Positions 18,781 through 28,208 are shown, numbered from the stretch's first letter. The stretch: 64,000 bases of DNA from an uncultured Fibrobacterota bacterium (GCA_964401455.1 CAYNYI010000002.1:783-64782); one strand, 5' to 3'. The notes: generated by a model from the letters alone, not told the origin. Numbers and translations: made by a program.

Positions 18781-20442
18781 TTATTGTCCGCTCCTGTCCA
18801 TCTTCTTTTTTATACGTGCGGCCTTTTGTTTTCTGTTAAGCGCGGAATATATAAGATAAGCGGTATCCAGCAGAGCCGGATCTCTTTGGAGTTTCAGGGC
18901 CCTGTCTATAAGGGCTTCCGCCTCTTCCAGCCGTTTTTTGTCCGGATTTTTCGAATAAATAATATATGCCAGGTTATTGAGTGCCGCCGGATTGGCGCTG
19001 TCGGCGGAGACTGCTTTACGGAGGCCGGTTTCCGCTCCCGCGCTGTCCTTTTTTTCCAATAGGGCCATTGATATTTCCATGAAGCCTTCTGCATACTCCG
19101 GGCGTTTTTTGAACAATTTCAGAAGTGAGCGCAGAGATTCATCTGTCTTCCCGGATTTAGCGCATGAAAGCGAATGGAAATAAAGTTCCTGAACGGCATC
19201 CCGGTTATTCAGAATATAATTTCCAAGAAGTCCCGCGGCTTTTTCGTGTTCGCCTCTAAGATGAAGAAGAGTGCCCCTGATTCCCGTCATCCCGTTTTTA
19301 CCGCATAAATTCCGTGCCGCTGTTTTTTCCGCTTCGGCTGTTTTTCCCGTATAGGCAAGACTGTAAATCAGCTTTTTGAACGAATCGCAGTCTGTTTTCA
19401 GTCCTCTTCGGGAAGCTTCAGAAAGAATCTCCGCGCATTTATGATATTTCCCGTCCTCGAAATAAACTGCTCCGAGTCCGCTGAAGCCGCAGGGTGAACC
19501 GGCCGAACATGCTGCGGCATAATATTCTTCTGCGCTGTCATTCATGTCACGCATGTAAAAAGTGTAGGCGTAAAGACACATTCTTTCGGCCGGAGTCTCC
19601 GGACCGAAGGAATCTTCAAGGTATTTTGCCGCGGAGTCGTATGAGCCGTCTTTCATGTAAACCAGGGCTTTTTTCCGGGATATAACATCATCAGAAAGGT
19701 ATCTGCCCAGATAATGAATTTCATTCAGAGCTTCGTCCGTTCTTCCGAGAGCGGTATATATATCCGCCAGAAGGTATCTTATTCTGAAAAAATCATTGAA
19801 AACATTTTTAGCCTTTCTGCATATATTTACGGCTGAGGCGGTATCTTTGGATTCGAGCAGATTAACAGCGAGAGAAAGGTAATATACAGGTGCTGCGGGG
19901 TCTTTAAGAAGCAGTTTTCTATAAATAGACGCCGCATCCGCATGTCTGTCGCGCAGCTGGGCTTTTACCGCTCTTGCCAGAAGAAGTCCCTCGGAATTTT
20001 CTTCGTATCGAGATTTATCTTTATTTCCAAAATATATTTCCAGCATTTCAGCCGCTTCTTCTCTTTTACCTGTTTTTAGAAACGAAAATGCCGCCGGGGC
20101 CGATTCACTTTGCGTCGCCGGAGAAAGAGCGAATGCTTTTTCGTAAAAGATTAAAGCAGTGTCATGCCGTCCTGTCATAAAGGCAGAATTGGCTGCTGAT
20201 ATTAATCTGCTGCGCTTATTATATCCGGCCGTGTCTTTAAGCGCTTCACGGAATGCTTTTTCATATTGTCCCGCTCTGAAATACACATCGGTTGAATTAC
20301 GAGCGCTTTTAGATTTTTCTTTTAGAAAGGGTTTTTTCTCATCATGAATAGCGGAAGAAAGCGAAACGACGGAGAGAAAAAATATGGAAAATAATATTTC
20401 AAAAAAGAGAGAATTATTTTTTAAAATATGCTTCAACTTCAT
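18781..20442 (-). CDS. TPR-repeat protein with an N-terminal signal or anchor.
   Basis: 553 aa. An N-terminal hydrophobic segment is followed by multiple 34-aa TPR-like repeats (A..Y......A.......L). Confidence 0.75.
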   Translation of the reverse strand: MKLKHILKNNSLFFEILFSIFFLSVVSLSSAIHDEKKPFLKEKSKSARNSTDVYFRAGQYEKAFREALKDTAGYNKRSRLISAANSAFMTGRHDTALIFYEKAFALSPATQSESAPAAFSFLKTGKREEAAEMLEIYFGNKDKSRYEENSEGLLLARAVKAQLRDRHADAASIYRKLLLKDPAAPVYYLSLAVNLLESKDTASAVNICRKAKNVFNDFFRIRYLLADIYTALGRTDEALNEIHYLGRYLSDDVISRKKALVYMKDGSYDSAAKYLEDSFGPETPAERMCLYAYTFYMRDMNDSAEEYYAAACSAGSPCGFSGLGAVYFEDGKYHKCAEILSEASRRGLKTDCDSFKKLIYSLAYTGKTAEAEKTAARNLCGKNGMTGIRGTLLHLRGEHEKAAGLLGNYILNNRDAVQELYFHSLSCAKSGKTDESLRSLLKLFKKRPEYAEGFMEISMALLEKKDSAGAETGLRKAVSADSANPAALNNLAYIIYSKNPDKKRLEEAEALIDRALKLQRDPALLDTAYLIYSALNRKQKAARIKKKMDRSGQ

Positions 20443-20749
20443 CCCCGGATGAAAGTATGGGGAAATGTCTTGATAGTCCTATGGTATCAAAAAGGGAGTT
20501 TACGTTTTCCCGGGGATACAGAAGGATAAAGTCTCCTCCTTCTGAAACGGCGTCTTTTCTCAGTTTTGAAATTATTCCGATAGCGAGGCTGTTGAGATAA
20601 GAGGTTTCCGAAAGATCAAGCGCCACGAAACCTTTTCCGTCTCCGAGTTCTCTGGTGATGGTATTTTTCAGCTCAATAAGGTCTTCGTTTTTTGAAAGCT
20701 GCCCGGCAGACTTGATTACTTTATATTTTTCGGGGAGTTTGTATTCCAT
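20414..20749 (-). CDS. STAS-domain anti-sigma factor antagonist.
   Basis: 111 aa. The conserved Ser is present in LDLSETSYLNSLAIGIIS. It overlaps the TPR gene by 29 nt. Confidence 0.8.
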   Translation of the reverse strand: MEYKLPEKYKVIKSAGQLSKNEDLIELKNTITRELGDGKGFVALDLSETSYLNSLAIGIISKLRKDAVSEGGDFILLYPRENVNSLFDTIGLSRHFPILSSGDEVEAYFKK

Positions 20750-20778
20750 AGTCTAAAAAATTATTAAATTATAGATTA

Positions 20779-20824
20779 ATGTGCAAGTAATAAAAGCACA
20801 TGAAAAGTCGGCAGGAGCTCCTGC
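20779..20824. promoter_or_regulatory. Two inverted repeats in the divergent intergenic region upstream of the cold-shock-like gene.
   Basis: ATGTGC-N11-GCACAT at 20779-20801 and a perfect 14-bp palindrome GCAGGAGCTCCTGC at 20811-20824. Confidence 0.3.
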
Positions 20825-20884
20825 TGATTTAGAATATAGTATTTTCATTTAGCGCACGAATAGAATTATTTTTAAATTTGTAAT

Positions 20885-21139
20885 ATGCGTGGAATTATTC
20901 GCAATTTTAACGACATAAAAGGCTGCGGTTCCCTCATCGGTTCTGACGGGAAGGTTTATTCCTTCAGATATTCCGATATTTCGGGAGAAGGTTTCAGGAC
21001 TCTGGATCCGGGCGAGGTAGTATCATTTAATAAAACGGACCCGGGAGAAATCTGCCGGGCAAAAGAACTGGAGAAGATTGATTATGGCTGGCACACCAAT
21101 TTCGGAAGAAGGTTACCTGCAGCTTCAGGAAAAACTTAA
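20885..21139 (+). CDS. Cold-shock-domain-like small protein.
   Basis: A Csp-like N-terminus (GIIRNFNDIKGCGSLIG...GEVVSF) resembles the RNP-containing cold-shock domain. Its 3' end overlaps the greA start by about 56 nt. Confidence 0.5.
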   Translation: MRGIIRNFNDIKGCGSLIGSDGKVYSFRYSDISGEGFRTLDPGEVVSFNKTDPGEICRAKELEKIDYGWHTNFGRRLPAASGKT

Positions 21140-21551
21140 GCATCTGAAGACGGTAGAACGCCCTGATGTTATACAGGCAATCCAGGAAGCCAGAGCACAC
21201 GGAGATCTGAGCGAAAATGCCGAATACAGCGCTGCCAAAGAGCGGCAGGCACACCTGGAAAAAGCTATTTATGAGCTTGAAAGCAGAATATCAGAGTCGA
21301 TAGTAGTTTCGGCCAATAAGAATGCCGACGATATTCAATTCGGCGCCCGTGTTACACTTCGTTACCCTGATGAGGATGAAGATGAGGAGGTTCTGCTTGT
21401 GGGTGAGGGGGAGACGGATGTCTCTGCAGGAAAGATTTCTGTTGACAGTCCTATTGGAAAAGCGCTCATAGGATTAAAAGCCGGGGATATCGCCGAGGCG
21501 GAAACTCCGGGAGGGAGAGTTATAATAAAAATTGTCGATTTTAAATACTGA
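21084..21551 (+). CDS. greA: Transcription elongation factor GreA.
   Basis: N-terminal coiled coil MAGTPISEEGYLQLQEKLKHLK...RP and a C-terminal FKBP-like domain. About 156 aa. Confidence 0.9.
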   Translation: MAGTPISEEGYLQLQEKLKHLKTVERPDVIQAIQEARAHGDLSENAEYSAAKERQAHLEKAIYELESRISESIVVSANKNADDIQFGARVTLRYPDEDEDEEVLLVGEGETDVSAGKISVDSPIGKALIGLKAGDIAEAETPGGRVIIKIVDFKY

Positions 21552-21562
21552 GCGGCGGCATT

Positions 21563-22894
21563 ATGTTTGATCAGCTTGTCAATGCGGGCAATATGTATAT
21601 CGAGATGAAAGACGGAACAATCAAGCAGATCAATCCGTTCTCGGGTACAGAAGTGTGGTGTGTACCCGGCAGGGGGGTGGATCGTTTCGGGGCAACCGGA
21701 AAAAAAAACGGAAATCCTCTGCAGAAGCATGATCCGGAGGACTATTGTCCATTCTGTTCCGACAGGTTGAGAGAAACGCCTCCGGAAAAAAGCCGTGTGG
21801 TGTTTGAGAACGGAAATTACAGAATATACGAAAAACTGCCTGGGCAGGAATACCAAAAAAACACCCCGCTTTTCCGGAGAGTGGCGAATCTGTTCGAAAT
21901 TGTGGGGATGAGGTATTGGGAATGCAACTACGAATATAAAATAAGCGGCAATAATCTTGACTGGATGACAGCTTATACCGGAACGCCGGAAGGCAGAAAA
22001 CATGTTGAAGATACAGTCAGAACCAAGCTTACCCGTCAGGGCCTGTCTGAGAAAGAGATAAACGCAAAATCATACGATGAGATACTCGGGCTCTCACGCC
22101 CATTCTTCGCCGGTTCACATGAGCTGATAATCGGATGCCGGCACTACCGGGACAATGCTGAAACAGAAGAAGACCTTTTCTCATCCGGGGATTTCAGTCC
22201 TGAGGAGCATTATCAGTATATTTCCTTCGTTATTAACTCCATTGCCGATATATACAGTTACAACAGATATGTCCGATATGTGACGGTTTTTCAGAATTGG
22301 CTGAAGCCTGCGGGGGCTTCTTTCGACCATCTGCATAAGCAATTAGTCGGGCTTGATGAATGGGGCCTTTCTGTTGAGAACGAGATTCGGCTTCTTCAGA
22401 AGAAGCCGAATGTCTATAATGAGCTTATTGTGAATTTTTCAAGTTACCATAATCTGATTATTGCCGAGAATGAATATGCGATAGCTTTTGCTGAAATCGG
22501 ACACAGATATCCGACCATAGCGGTTTATTCAAAAAGCAAAAACTGCCGGCCTTTTGAACACGGACCTGATGAAGTCCGGGGCTTTTCTGACCTTCTCCAT
22601 GCATGTCACAGGGCCCTGGGAGGCAGCTTCCCGTGCAATGAAGAGTGGTATTATGCTCCGGTTGACGCGGTGGTCCGGATGCCCTGGCATGTCCTCATAA
22701 AACTGCGGACAATACAAAGCGCGGGTTTCGAAGGCGGAACTAAAATACATGTAAATCCTGTAAGCCCCTATGCTCTTCGGGATATGGTTGTGGACCGGAT
22801 TTATGAGCTTCGGGACAAAAAAGAAGTTCATGTTGAAAGAATCGCTGAAGAATGTTCAGGCAGACCAAATCTCCTGCGCTATATTGAGGGTTAA
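21563..22894 (+). CDS. GalT-like (HIT superfamily) hexose-1-phosphate nucleotidyltransferase homologue.
   Basis: N-terminal Zn motif YCPFCSDR and a GalT-like HxHxQ motif GASFDHLHKQ preceded by FQNW. At 443 aa it is longer than E. coli GalT. Confidence 0.65.
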   Translation: MFDQLVNAGNMYIEMKDGTIKQINPFSGTEVWCVPGRGVDRFGATGKKNGNPLQKHDPEDYCPFCSDRLRETPPEKSRVVFENGNYRIYEKLPGQEYQKNTPLFRRVANLFEIVGMRYWECNYEYKISGNNLDWMTAYTGTPEGRKHVEDTVRTKLTRQGLSEKEINAKSYDEILGLSRPFFAGSHELIIGCRHYRDNAETEEDLFSSGDFSPEEHYQYISFVINSIADIYSYNRYVRYVTVFQNWLKPAGASFDHLHKQLVGLDEWGLSVENEIRLLQKKPNVYNELIVNFSSYHNLIIAENEYAIAFAEIGHRYPTIAVYSKSKNCRPFEHGPDEVRGFSDLLHACHRALGGSFPCNEEWYYAPVDAVVRMPWHVLIKLRTIQSAGFEGGTKIHVNPVSPYALRDMVVDRIYELRDKKEVHVERIAEECSGRPNLLRYIEG

Positions 22895-22916
22895 ACGGTA
22901 ATTAAAGGGAGTCAGA

Positions 22917-23129
22917 ATGTTTTATTCCATTATTTCTTTTTTCTTTCTGGACAGCAAATCAAACAGTGTCCGTATGTGGACGCTTTATTCATTTTTCGCC
23001 ATTTTTTCTATTCTTTTACTTTTATTTACGGCGGGGATGACGGGGCTTTTGCTGTTTTCTAATTCAACTTTTGTTGATTGGATAATGTCCGTCAGGGGTG
23101 TTCTTGTAAAAATCGGGTTAATCGGTTAG
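22917..23129 (+). CDS. Possible small two-TM membrane peptide (70 aa).
   Basis: Strong AAAGGGAG RBS 6 nt upstream of the ATG and a hydrophobic sequence. It overlaps the annotated start of the downstream kinase, so one of the two starts is wrong. Confidence 0.3.
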   Translation: MFYSIISFFFLDSKSNSVRMWTLYSFFAIFSILLLLFTAGMTGLLLFSNSTFVDWIMSVRGVLVKIGLIG

Positions 23130-24313
23130 ACAGCGGTAACAAAGAGGCAAAAAAGCTGGATACGAATTCTGATAAAAGACTCAGTCTGAATGAAAAAATA
23201 GCGCTGGCCAAAAACCAGCTGCAGACTATCTTCGATGTGATTGAAGATGGAATGATGATCGTTGACCGCTCATTGAATATAATAAGAATAAACCGGATGC
23301 TTGCCGAAAGAGCGGGGCTCTCGCCAAAAGAGCTTATAGGCAGAAAATGTCATCGCGTCCTCTGGGGTAAGGAAAAACCCTGCTCCGACTGCTACTGCAA
23401 TGCTGTTTTTACTATCGGGAGACCAATCAGGAAAAAGGAAAAAAAAATAGAAAACGGAGCAGAACCGGAATTTTTTGAATTCTCTTGCTACCCTGTAAAC
23501 CAGGGCGACCATCCTGTAATGGTGATTGAGCATATAAAAGACATAACCGAAGAAAAAAAGGTCTTTGAGCATCAGATGCGTACCGAGACACTCGCATCAA
23601 TAGGTATAATGGTTGCCGGTATAGCCCACGAAATCAATAATCCATTATCCGGTATTTCCGGTATTTCCGGCAATATGATAAAGATGCCCCAAAGGTACGG
23701 GCTTAATAATAAGGGAATCAGCAGAATAGAAGCCGTTTATGAATCCGCGAACAGAGCGGAAAGTATAATGAAGGATCTTTTAAATCTTTCAAGAAAAAAA
23801 GAGTATGCTGTGCGTTCAGTCAACCTTCGTGAACTTGTGGATCAGGCTTTGTCTTCGGTTCATTTCGAAGGCTATCGGACGGTAAATAAGACCATAACCG
23901 GCGAAGAAATGGTCCTGGCCTATTGTGACCCAGAAAAAATAAGGCAGGTACTTATAAATTTGATTAACAACGCGGCATATGCAGTTCTCAGTAGAAGAGA
24001 GGAATTTCCCGATGAAACTTATGAGCCGTCGATAAAAATAAATATCGGTAAAAAAAGTAAAGCGGCAGTTATATCTATAATAGATAACGGCTCCGGCATA
24101 GAAACAGATTATTTGAAAAAGATATTTGATCCGTTTTTTACTACAAAAGAACCCGGTCAGGGTACCGGACTCGGTTTGAGTATATGTAATAAGATAATTA
24201 CCGAGCATAAGGGTTCGCTTAATGTTGACAGCACTCCGGGCCGCACAGAATTTATAATAGAGCTGCCTTTACGCAAAGGAAGGAATTACAGTGAAAAAAA
24301 TACTGATAGTTGA
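23078..24313 (+). CDS. Cytoplasmic PAS-domain sensor histidine kinase. The start is uncertain.
   Basis: PAS region (LQTIFDVIEDGMMIVD), H-box HEINNPL and HATPase boxes (DNGSGIE, GTGLGLSI). No TM helices. Confidence 0.8.
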   Translation: MDNVRQGCSCKNRVNRLDSGNKEAKKLDTNSDKRLSLNEKIALAKNQLQTIFDVIEDGMMIVDRSLNIIRINRMLAERAGLSPKELIGRKCHRVLWGKEKPCSDCYCNAVFTIGRPIRKKEKKIENGAEPEFFEFSCYPVNQGDHPVMVIEHIKDITEEKKVFEHQMRTETLASIGIMVAGIAHEINNPLSGISGISGNMIKMPQRYGLNNKGISRIEAVYESANRAESIMKDLLNLSRKKEYAVRSVNLRELVDQALSSVHFEGYRTVNKTITGEEMVLAYCDPEKIRQVLINLINNAAYAVLSRREEFPDETYEPSIKINIGKKSKAAVISIIDNGSGIETDYLKKIFDPFFTTKEPGQGTGLGLSICNKIITEHKGSLNVDSTPGRTEFIIELPLRKGRNYSEKNTDS

Positions 24314-25187
24314 TGACGAAGCCTCAATACGGACGATGCTTGAGGATCACCTGGATCAGAAATATGAAGTTACCGCAAAACCGGATGCGGCGGCGGCTTT
24401 GAAAACAGAAGGTCTTGAAACTTATGATCTGGTTATCTCGGATATAAATATGCCGGGTATGAAAGGCTATGAATTTCTTTCGAAAGTTCGAATCATGCAC
24501 CCGCATTTAAAGACCGTTCTCATTACTGCATATAATGTAGATGATTATGTCAGGATGGCAAGAAAATACGGTATCAGCAATATTATCGTAAAGACTATTC
24601 CATTTAATTTTGATGAGCTCTCTTATATTGTTGACGGGCTCCTGTCGGGAGAGATATTCGGTCTTGAGAGATATATGAACAGCGATTATTCCGTAGAGGG
24701 CTCCTTCACTGTCCGGAATTCCAATGACGCAAAAGAGATCAGAGAAAAAATAGTCGAGACTTTCAGTGAAAAAGTAGGTGATACCGGAGAACTGAAACTG
24801 ATTCTGGATGAAATAATAACGAATGCGATTTATCACGCCCCCCGCACCCAGGACGGCCAAAAAAAGTATCGTGAATTTTCTGATGTTCAGTTGGCTGAGG
24901 ATGAATATGTTACGATTGAGTGCGGCATCGATAATGAAAAATACGGCATTTCGGTTATAGATAATTCAGGCGGTCTCGACAAAGAGACTGTCCTTTATAA
25001 AATCGACCGTCATGTAAATGCCGAGGGCGTTCTTGATGATTCCGGACGCGGTATCTTTATGACCCGGATTTTCGCTGACAGGATGATAATTAATATTGAC
25101 CCATCGAATAAAACCGAGATTATCCTGTTAAATTATTTTGATAAAAAATACAAGGGGTATAAGCCCATTTATATCAACGAGCTGTGA
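24291..25187 (+). CDS. Response-regulator receiver fused to an RsbW/SpoIIAB-like GHKL serine-kinase (anti-sigma factor-type) ATPase domain.
   Basis: REC domain (ILIVDDE...DLVISDINMPGMKG). The C-terminus has the N-box ILDEIITNAIYH, G1 VIDNSGGLD and G2 DDSGRGIFM. It overlaps the upstream HK by 23 nt. Confidence 0.75.
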   Translation: MKKILIVDDEASIRTMLEDHLDQKYEVTAKPDAAAALKTEGLETYDLVISDINMPGMKGYEFLSKVRIMHPHLKTVLITAYNVDDYVRMARKYGISNIIVKTIPFNFDELSYIVDGLLSGEIFGLERYMNSDYSVEGSFTVRNSNDAKEIREKIVETFSEKVGDTGELKLILDEIITNAIYHAPRTQDGQKKYREFSDVQLAEDEYVTIECGIDNEKYGISVIDNSGGLDKETVLYKIDRHVNAEGVLDDSGRGIFMTRIFADRMIINIDPSNKTEIILLNYFDKKYKGYKPIYINEL

Positions 25188-25195
25188 GGTCGGGG

Positions 25196-26128
25196 ATGGA
25201 TATTGTTTTTTTCGGTTCCCCTGATTTTGGACTTCCCGCTCTCAGTGCTGTCATGAAAAGCCGGCACAATATTCGGCTTGTTGTGACAAGACCGGACAGT
25301 AGAGCCGGACGCGGACGGGGCAAAAAAAGCACACCTGTTAAGGAGTTTTGTCTTAGAAAGGGTCTTAAATCAATTATCGAAACGAATGATCTCAATAATG
25401 ACGCATTTATAGATCAACTCAAAAGATATCCAAACTCTCTCTTTCTTGTAATAGGTTTTAAAATACTGCCTTCGGAGGTGCTTTGTATTCCTGAAAAAGG
25501 CGCGGTAAATCTGCATGCATCCCTTCTGCCCCGTTACCGCGGTGCGGCACCGGTTAACTGGGCGGTTGTTAACGGAGAGAGGGAAACCGGAAATACCGTT
25601 TTTTTTCTTGATAAAGGGGTTGATACCGGAAACATAATACTCCAGTCCCCGACAATCATTAAAGAAAGTGAGACGGCAGGTGACCTTTACGAACGATTGA
25701 GTCTTATGGGGCGAGATGATGTTCTCAGGGCGCTTGATATGATAGAAGGCGGGACTGTTGAACCTTTGCCGCAAGACAGTAGAAAGGCCTGCCCGGCGCC
25801 CAAGCTCAGAAAAAAAGACGGCCGCATAGTCTGGTCGGAAAAGGCTTTGCAGCTTCGAAACAAGGTAAGGGGATTTAATCCTTATCCCGGCTGTTTCTCA
25901 GAACTGAGGGGCCGCAGAATAAAAATCCTTAAAGCTGAGAATACCGGAGTTTTAAAAACCGGATTCCCGGGTTCAATAGCTTGGGCGTCTGCGGAGGAGG
26001 GGCTCGGTATTAATACCGGAGATTATGTTTTGAAAATTATTGAGCTTCAACCGGAAAATAAGAAGAAAATGACTGCGAAAGATTTTCTGCTTGGTTCTAA
26101 TCTCAGACAGGGGGAGATTTTGGAATGA
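25196..26128 (+). CDS. fmt: Methionyl-tRNA formyltransferase.
   Basis: N-terminus MDIVFFGSPDFGLPAL, formyltransferase core (SLLPRYRGAAPVNWAV) and the C-terminal Fmt domain. Confidence 0.9.
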   Translation: MDIVFFGSPDFGLPALSAVMKSRHNIRLVVTRPDSRAGRGRGKKSTPVKEFCLRKGLKSIIETNDLNNDAFIDQLKRYPNSLFLVIGFKILPSEVLCIPEKGAVNLHASLLPRYRGAAPVNWAVVNGERETGNTVFFLDKGVDTGNIILQSPTIIKESETAGDLYERLSLMGRDDVLRALDMIEGGTVEPLPQDSRKACPAPKLRKKDGRIVWSEKALQLRNKVRGFNPYPGCFSELRGRRIKILKAENTGVLKTGFPGSIAWASAEEGLGINTGDYVLKIIELQPENKKKMTAKDFLLGSNLRQGEILE

Positions 26129-26787
26129 ACAGGCACAGATTTGCAGGACTGTCCGCGGCTGTTCTGATAGTGTTGATACTGTTCTCATGCAGAGAAAGAG
26201 TTAAGGTCGGCTCAAGGGTATCTTATAAGTCTCCTGACCTTCTGGAATTCCTTAAAACCGAGTCGGATTTGACAGTCCTTCCGCTTCTTACCGGTTTTCC
26301 GGATTCCCTTCAGGGTATTTCGTCGGCCGAACGGCTGGAATCGGATATCAAGGTCAACTTCAGAGACCTGAAAATTAAAAAATACAGTGTCCTTTATAAT
26401 AGACTTAATGGAGAGTCCGAAGCAGGCGCCTTGTTGTCTTTAATGTCCGACTTTTTGGAAACCGGAGAAATACAAGGGGGGCCGGACAGTTCACTGGCCT
26501 CTTATTTTGAATCGAGATATGTCTTATTTTCGCGGGAAATTAAAAGAGAATCCGTTAAAAATTTTGATGGTGTCACTAATGAGAGATATGTTGTGGAATG
26601 TATGATTTATGATCTTAAATATCGTAAAAAAATATGGGCGGCACTGGTCTCCGCTTATTCCTCATCCATAGATGATACCACTATCCGGGACGGATACTAT
26701 GCTGATCTTGTTTATTCTGAAATCGGGAAAGCCCTTCCCCGTGACCCGAGAAGGCATTTGATGTTGGAAAAAGAAAAAGAGTGGTAA
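26125..26787 (+). CDS. Lipoprotein, hypothetical.
   Basis: Signal peptide with lipobox LFSC. No recognisable domain. Confidence 0.55.
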   Translation: MNRHRFAGLSAAVLIVLILFSCRERVKVGSRVSYKSPDLLEFLKTESDLTVLPLLTGFPDSLQGISSAERLESDIKVNFRDLKIKKYSVLYNRLNGESEAGALLSLMSDFLETGEIQGGPDSSLASYFESRYVLFSREIKRESVKNFDGVTNERYVVECMIYDLKYRKKIWAALVSAYSSSIDDTTIRDGYYADLVYSEIGKALPRDPRRHLMLEKEKEW

Positions 26788-26790
26788 TGT

Positions 26791-26967
26791 GTGAAAGAGT
26801 ATGTTAAACGGGAAGTAGAACTCGGATATCTCCGCCCCGCAGCCGATATAATTGACGATATGGAAAGAATTAGCGCCGAGATGGAAAAAAAAGGCTGGGC
26901 TTTTTCAGAATCCCGGGCTGATACCCTTATGAAAAAAATTCTGCTTCTTTATGAGCGGGATATATAA
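26791..26967 (+). CDS. Candidate 58-aa small protein in a convergent intergenic gap, below the ORF-track cutoff.
   Basis: An uninterrupted GTG-initiated frame exactly fills the 180-nt gap: VKEYVKREVELGYLRPAADIIDDMERISAEMEKKGWAFSESRADTLMKKILLLYERDI. Composition is balanced and helical-looking, but the RBS is weak. Confidence 0.25.
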   Translation: MKEYVKREVELGYLRPAADIIDDMERISAEMEKKGWAFSESRADTLMKKILLLYERDI

Positions 26968-26969
26968 TA

Positions 26970-28208
26970 CTATTTCAGCAAAGTAATGCGTTTTGAGGCA
27001 TCCAGGTCCTTATTCCTAATCTGTATAAGATAAATACCGGCCGGATAATTTGAGGCATCCCATATATATGTGTCCTCATCGTTCTTTTTTGCAAAACTCC
27101 GGCCAGGTCCGCCAACTCTGAAACCTTTGATATTGTAAATACCCAGGGAATAATTCTTTAAAGGCGATATTCCGGCTGTAGCGGACAAAAAGTTGATTTT
27201 TATCTGTATTTCTGAATTGAACGGGTTAGGGTATGCTGTTATCTGTAGAGGCATTTCTTCATCACTCTTATTATTTAGAGCGTTCTGAGGCATTTCCGGT
27301 TCTATAAGTGTTACCCTGTAAGAATATTCTGATGTATCCGCTCCTTCAATACCTGATACAGTCACATTATATATGGCGTCATCCTGTCCTGATATGTCAA
27401 TACCCGACGGCATCCATACAATGGTATTGTCCCCGTAAGTGTTATGTGAAACAGTTTCGACAGTTAAGGAAACTGTCTTGTTCAGCTCATCTGTCATGGA
27501 GACAGCGGCATTTCTGAAATCAGCCCCGGGTATTCCGAAAGACCATCTGGAAAAGACAAGCGAATTAATAACATAGCCCGCGGGCGGCCAGGCAATAAAG
27601 TCGGGTATATCTTCCGGAATAGAATTACTTTCGTTGCCCAGAACCTATAGCGCGTCGGACTCTTCGGTGGATCCATGACCAAACGTTCGAGCCCTGGAAT
27701 AAAGTATCCATCTGCGGTGTCCGCAAGCGCTGTTGGAGGAGCCCGCATCCTGAATATAACCGGTTACAGCCGAAGCTGAATGAATCCCGAGGTACAGATT
27801 GGATTTACCCGCGGCTTCAGCTCCTTTCTCGGTATAGCAGTCCCAGTCCGGTGGGGGAGAATGACTAAGGGCATTATTGGCCTTTATCATCAGGGCTGCT
27901 TCCCGGCATTTTGCATTGTACAGAGAATCAAAAACTATATCATCAGGTAAGCCTGTGGACCGGCGGAAAAAATTTATCCGGTCAAGAACCCTCTTTTGAG
28001 CCGTTTCGGATATATTTCCCGCATCGCAGGAATTAACATTTCCGCTCCATTGGAGCTGATCAATTGAGACCGATGTTGTTTCATATACATTGAAATAGTC
28101 AAAAAGCACCTCATTACGGCTTCTTGTACGGGTATTCCCGGCGTTGGAATTCCCGGCAATCAGTATGGAAAAAAGAAACAAGGTGTAATTTACAAAGACT
28201 GTCTTCAT
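26970..28208 (-). pseudogene. CAP/SCP/PR-1 (YkwD-like) domain protein with a T9SS C-terminal sorting domain, interrupted by a single in-frame TAG at 27645-27647.
   Basis: ORF 27645-28208 has a signal peptide and CAP motifs (SHSPP, GKSNLY, ACGHRRWIL). ORF 26970-27497 has a Por_Secre_tail-like CTD (YPNPFNSEIQIKINF...GIYLIQI...KRITLLK). Manual translation shows the two are in the same frame with no further stops across 27498-27644. Confidence 0.6.

Noticed and set aside
20885-21139. Calling the small cold-shock-like ORF cspA.
   Set aside because: Similarity is limited to the N-terminal part of the cold-shock domain and the C-terminus overlaps greA. It is kept as a low-confidence Csp-like protein without a gene symbol.
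23641-23663. CRISPR-like short repeats.
   Set aside because: There are only two tandem copies of a 9-mer inside a CDS, and no spacer-repeat architecture anywhere in the window.
27645-27647. TAG being a sense or recoded codon genome-wide.
   Set aside because: TAG clearly terminates flhG (9701-9703) and cysS (56547-56549) with downstream genes starting immediately after. So the in-frame TAG in the CAP gene is local, either a mutation or an error.
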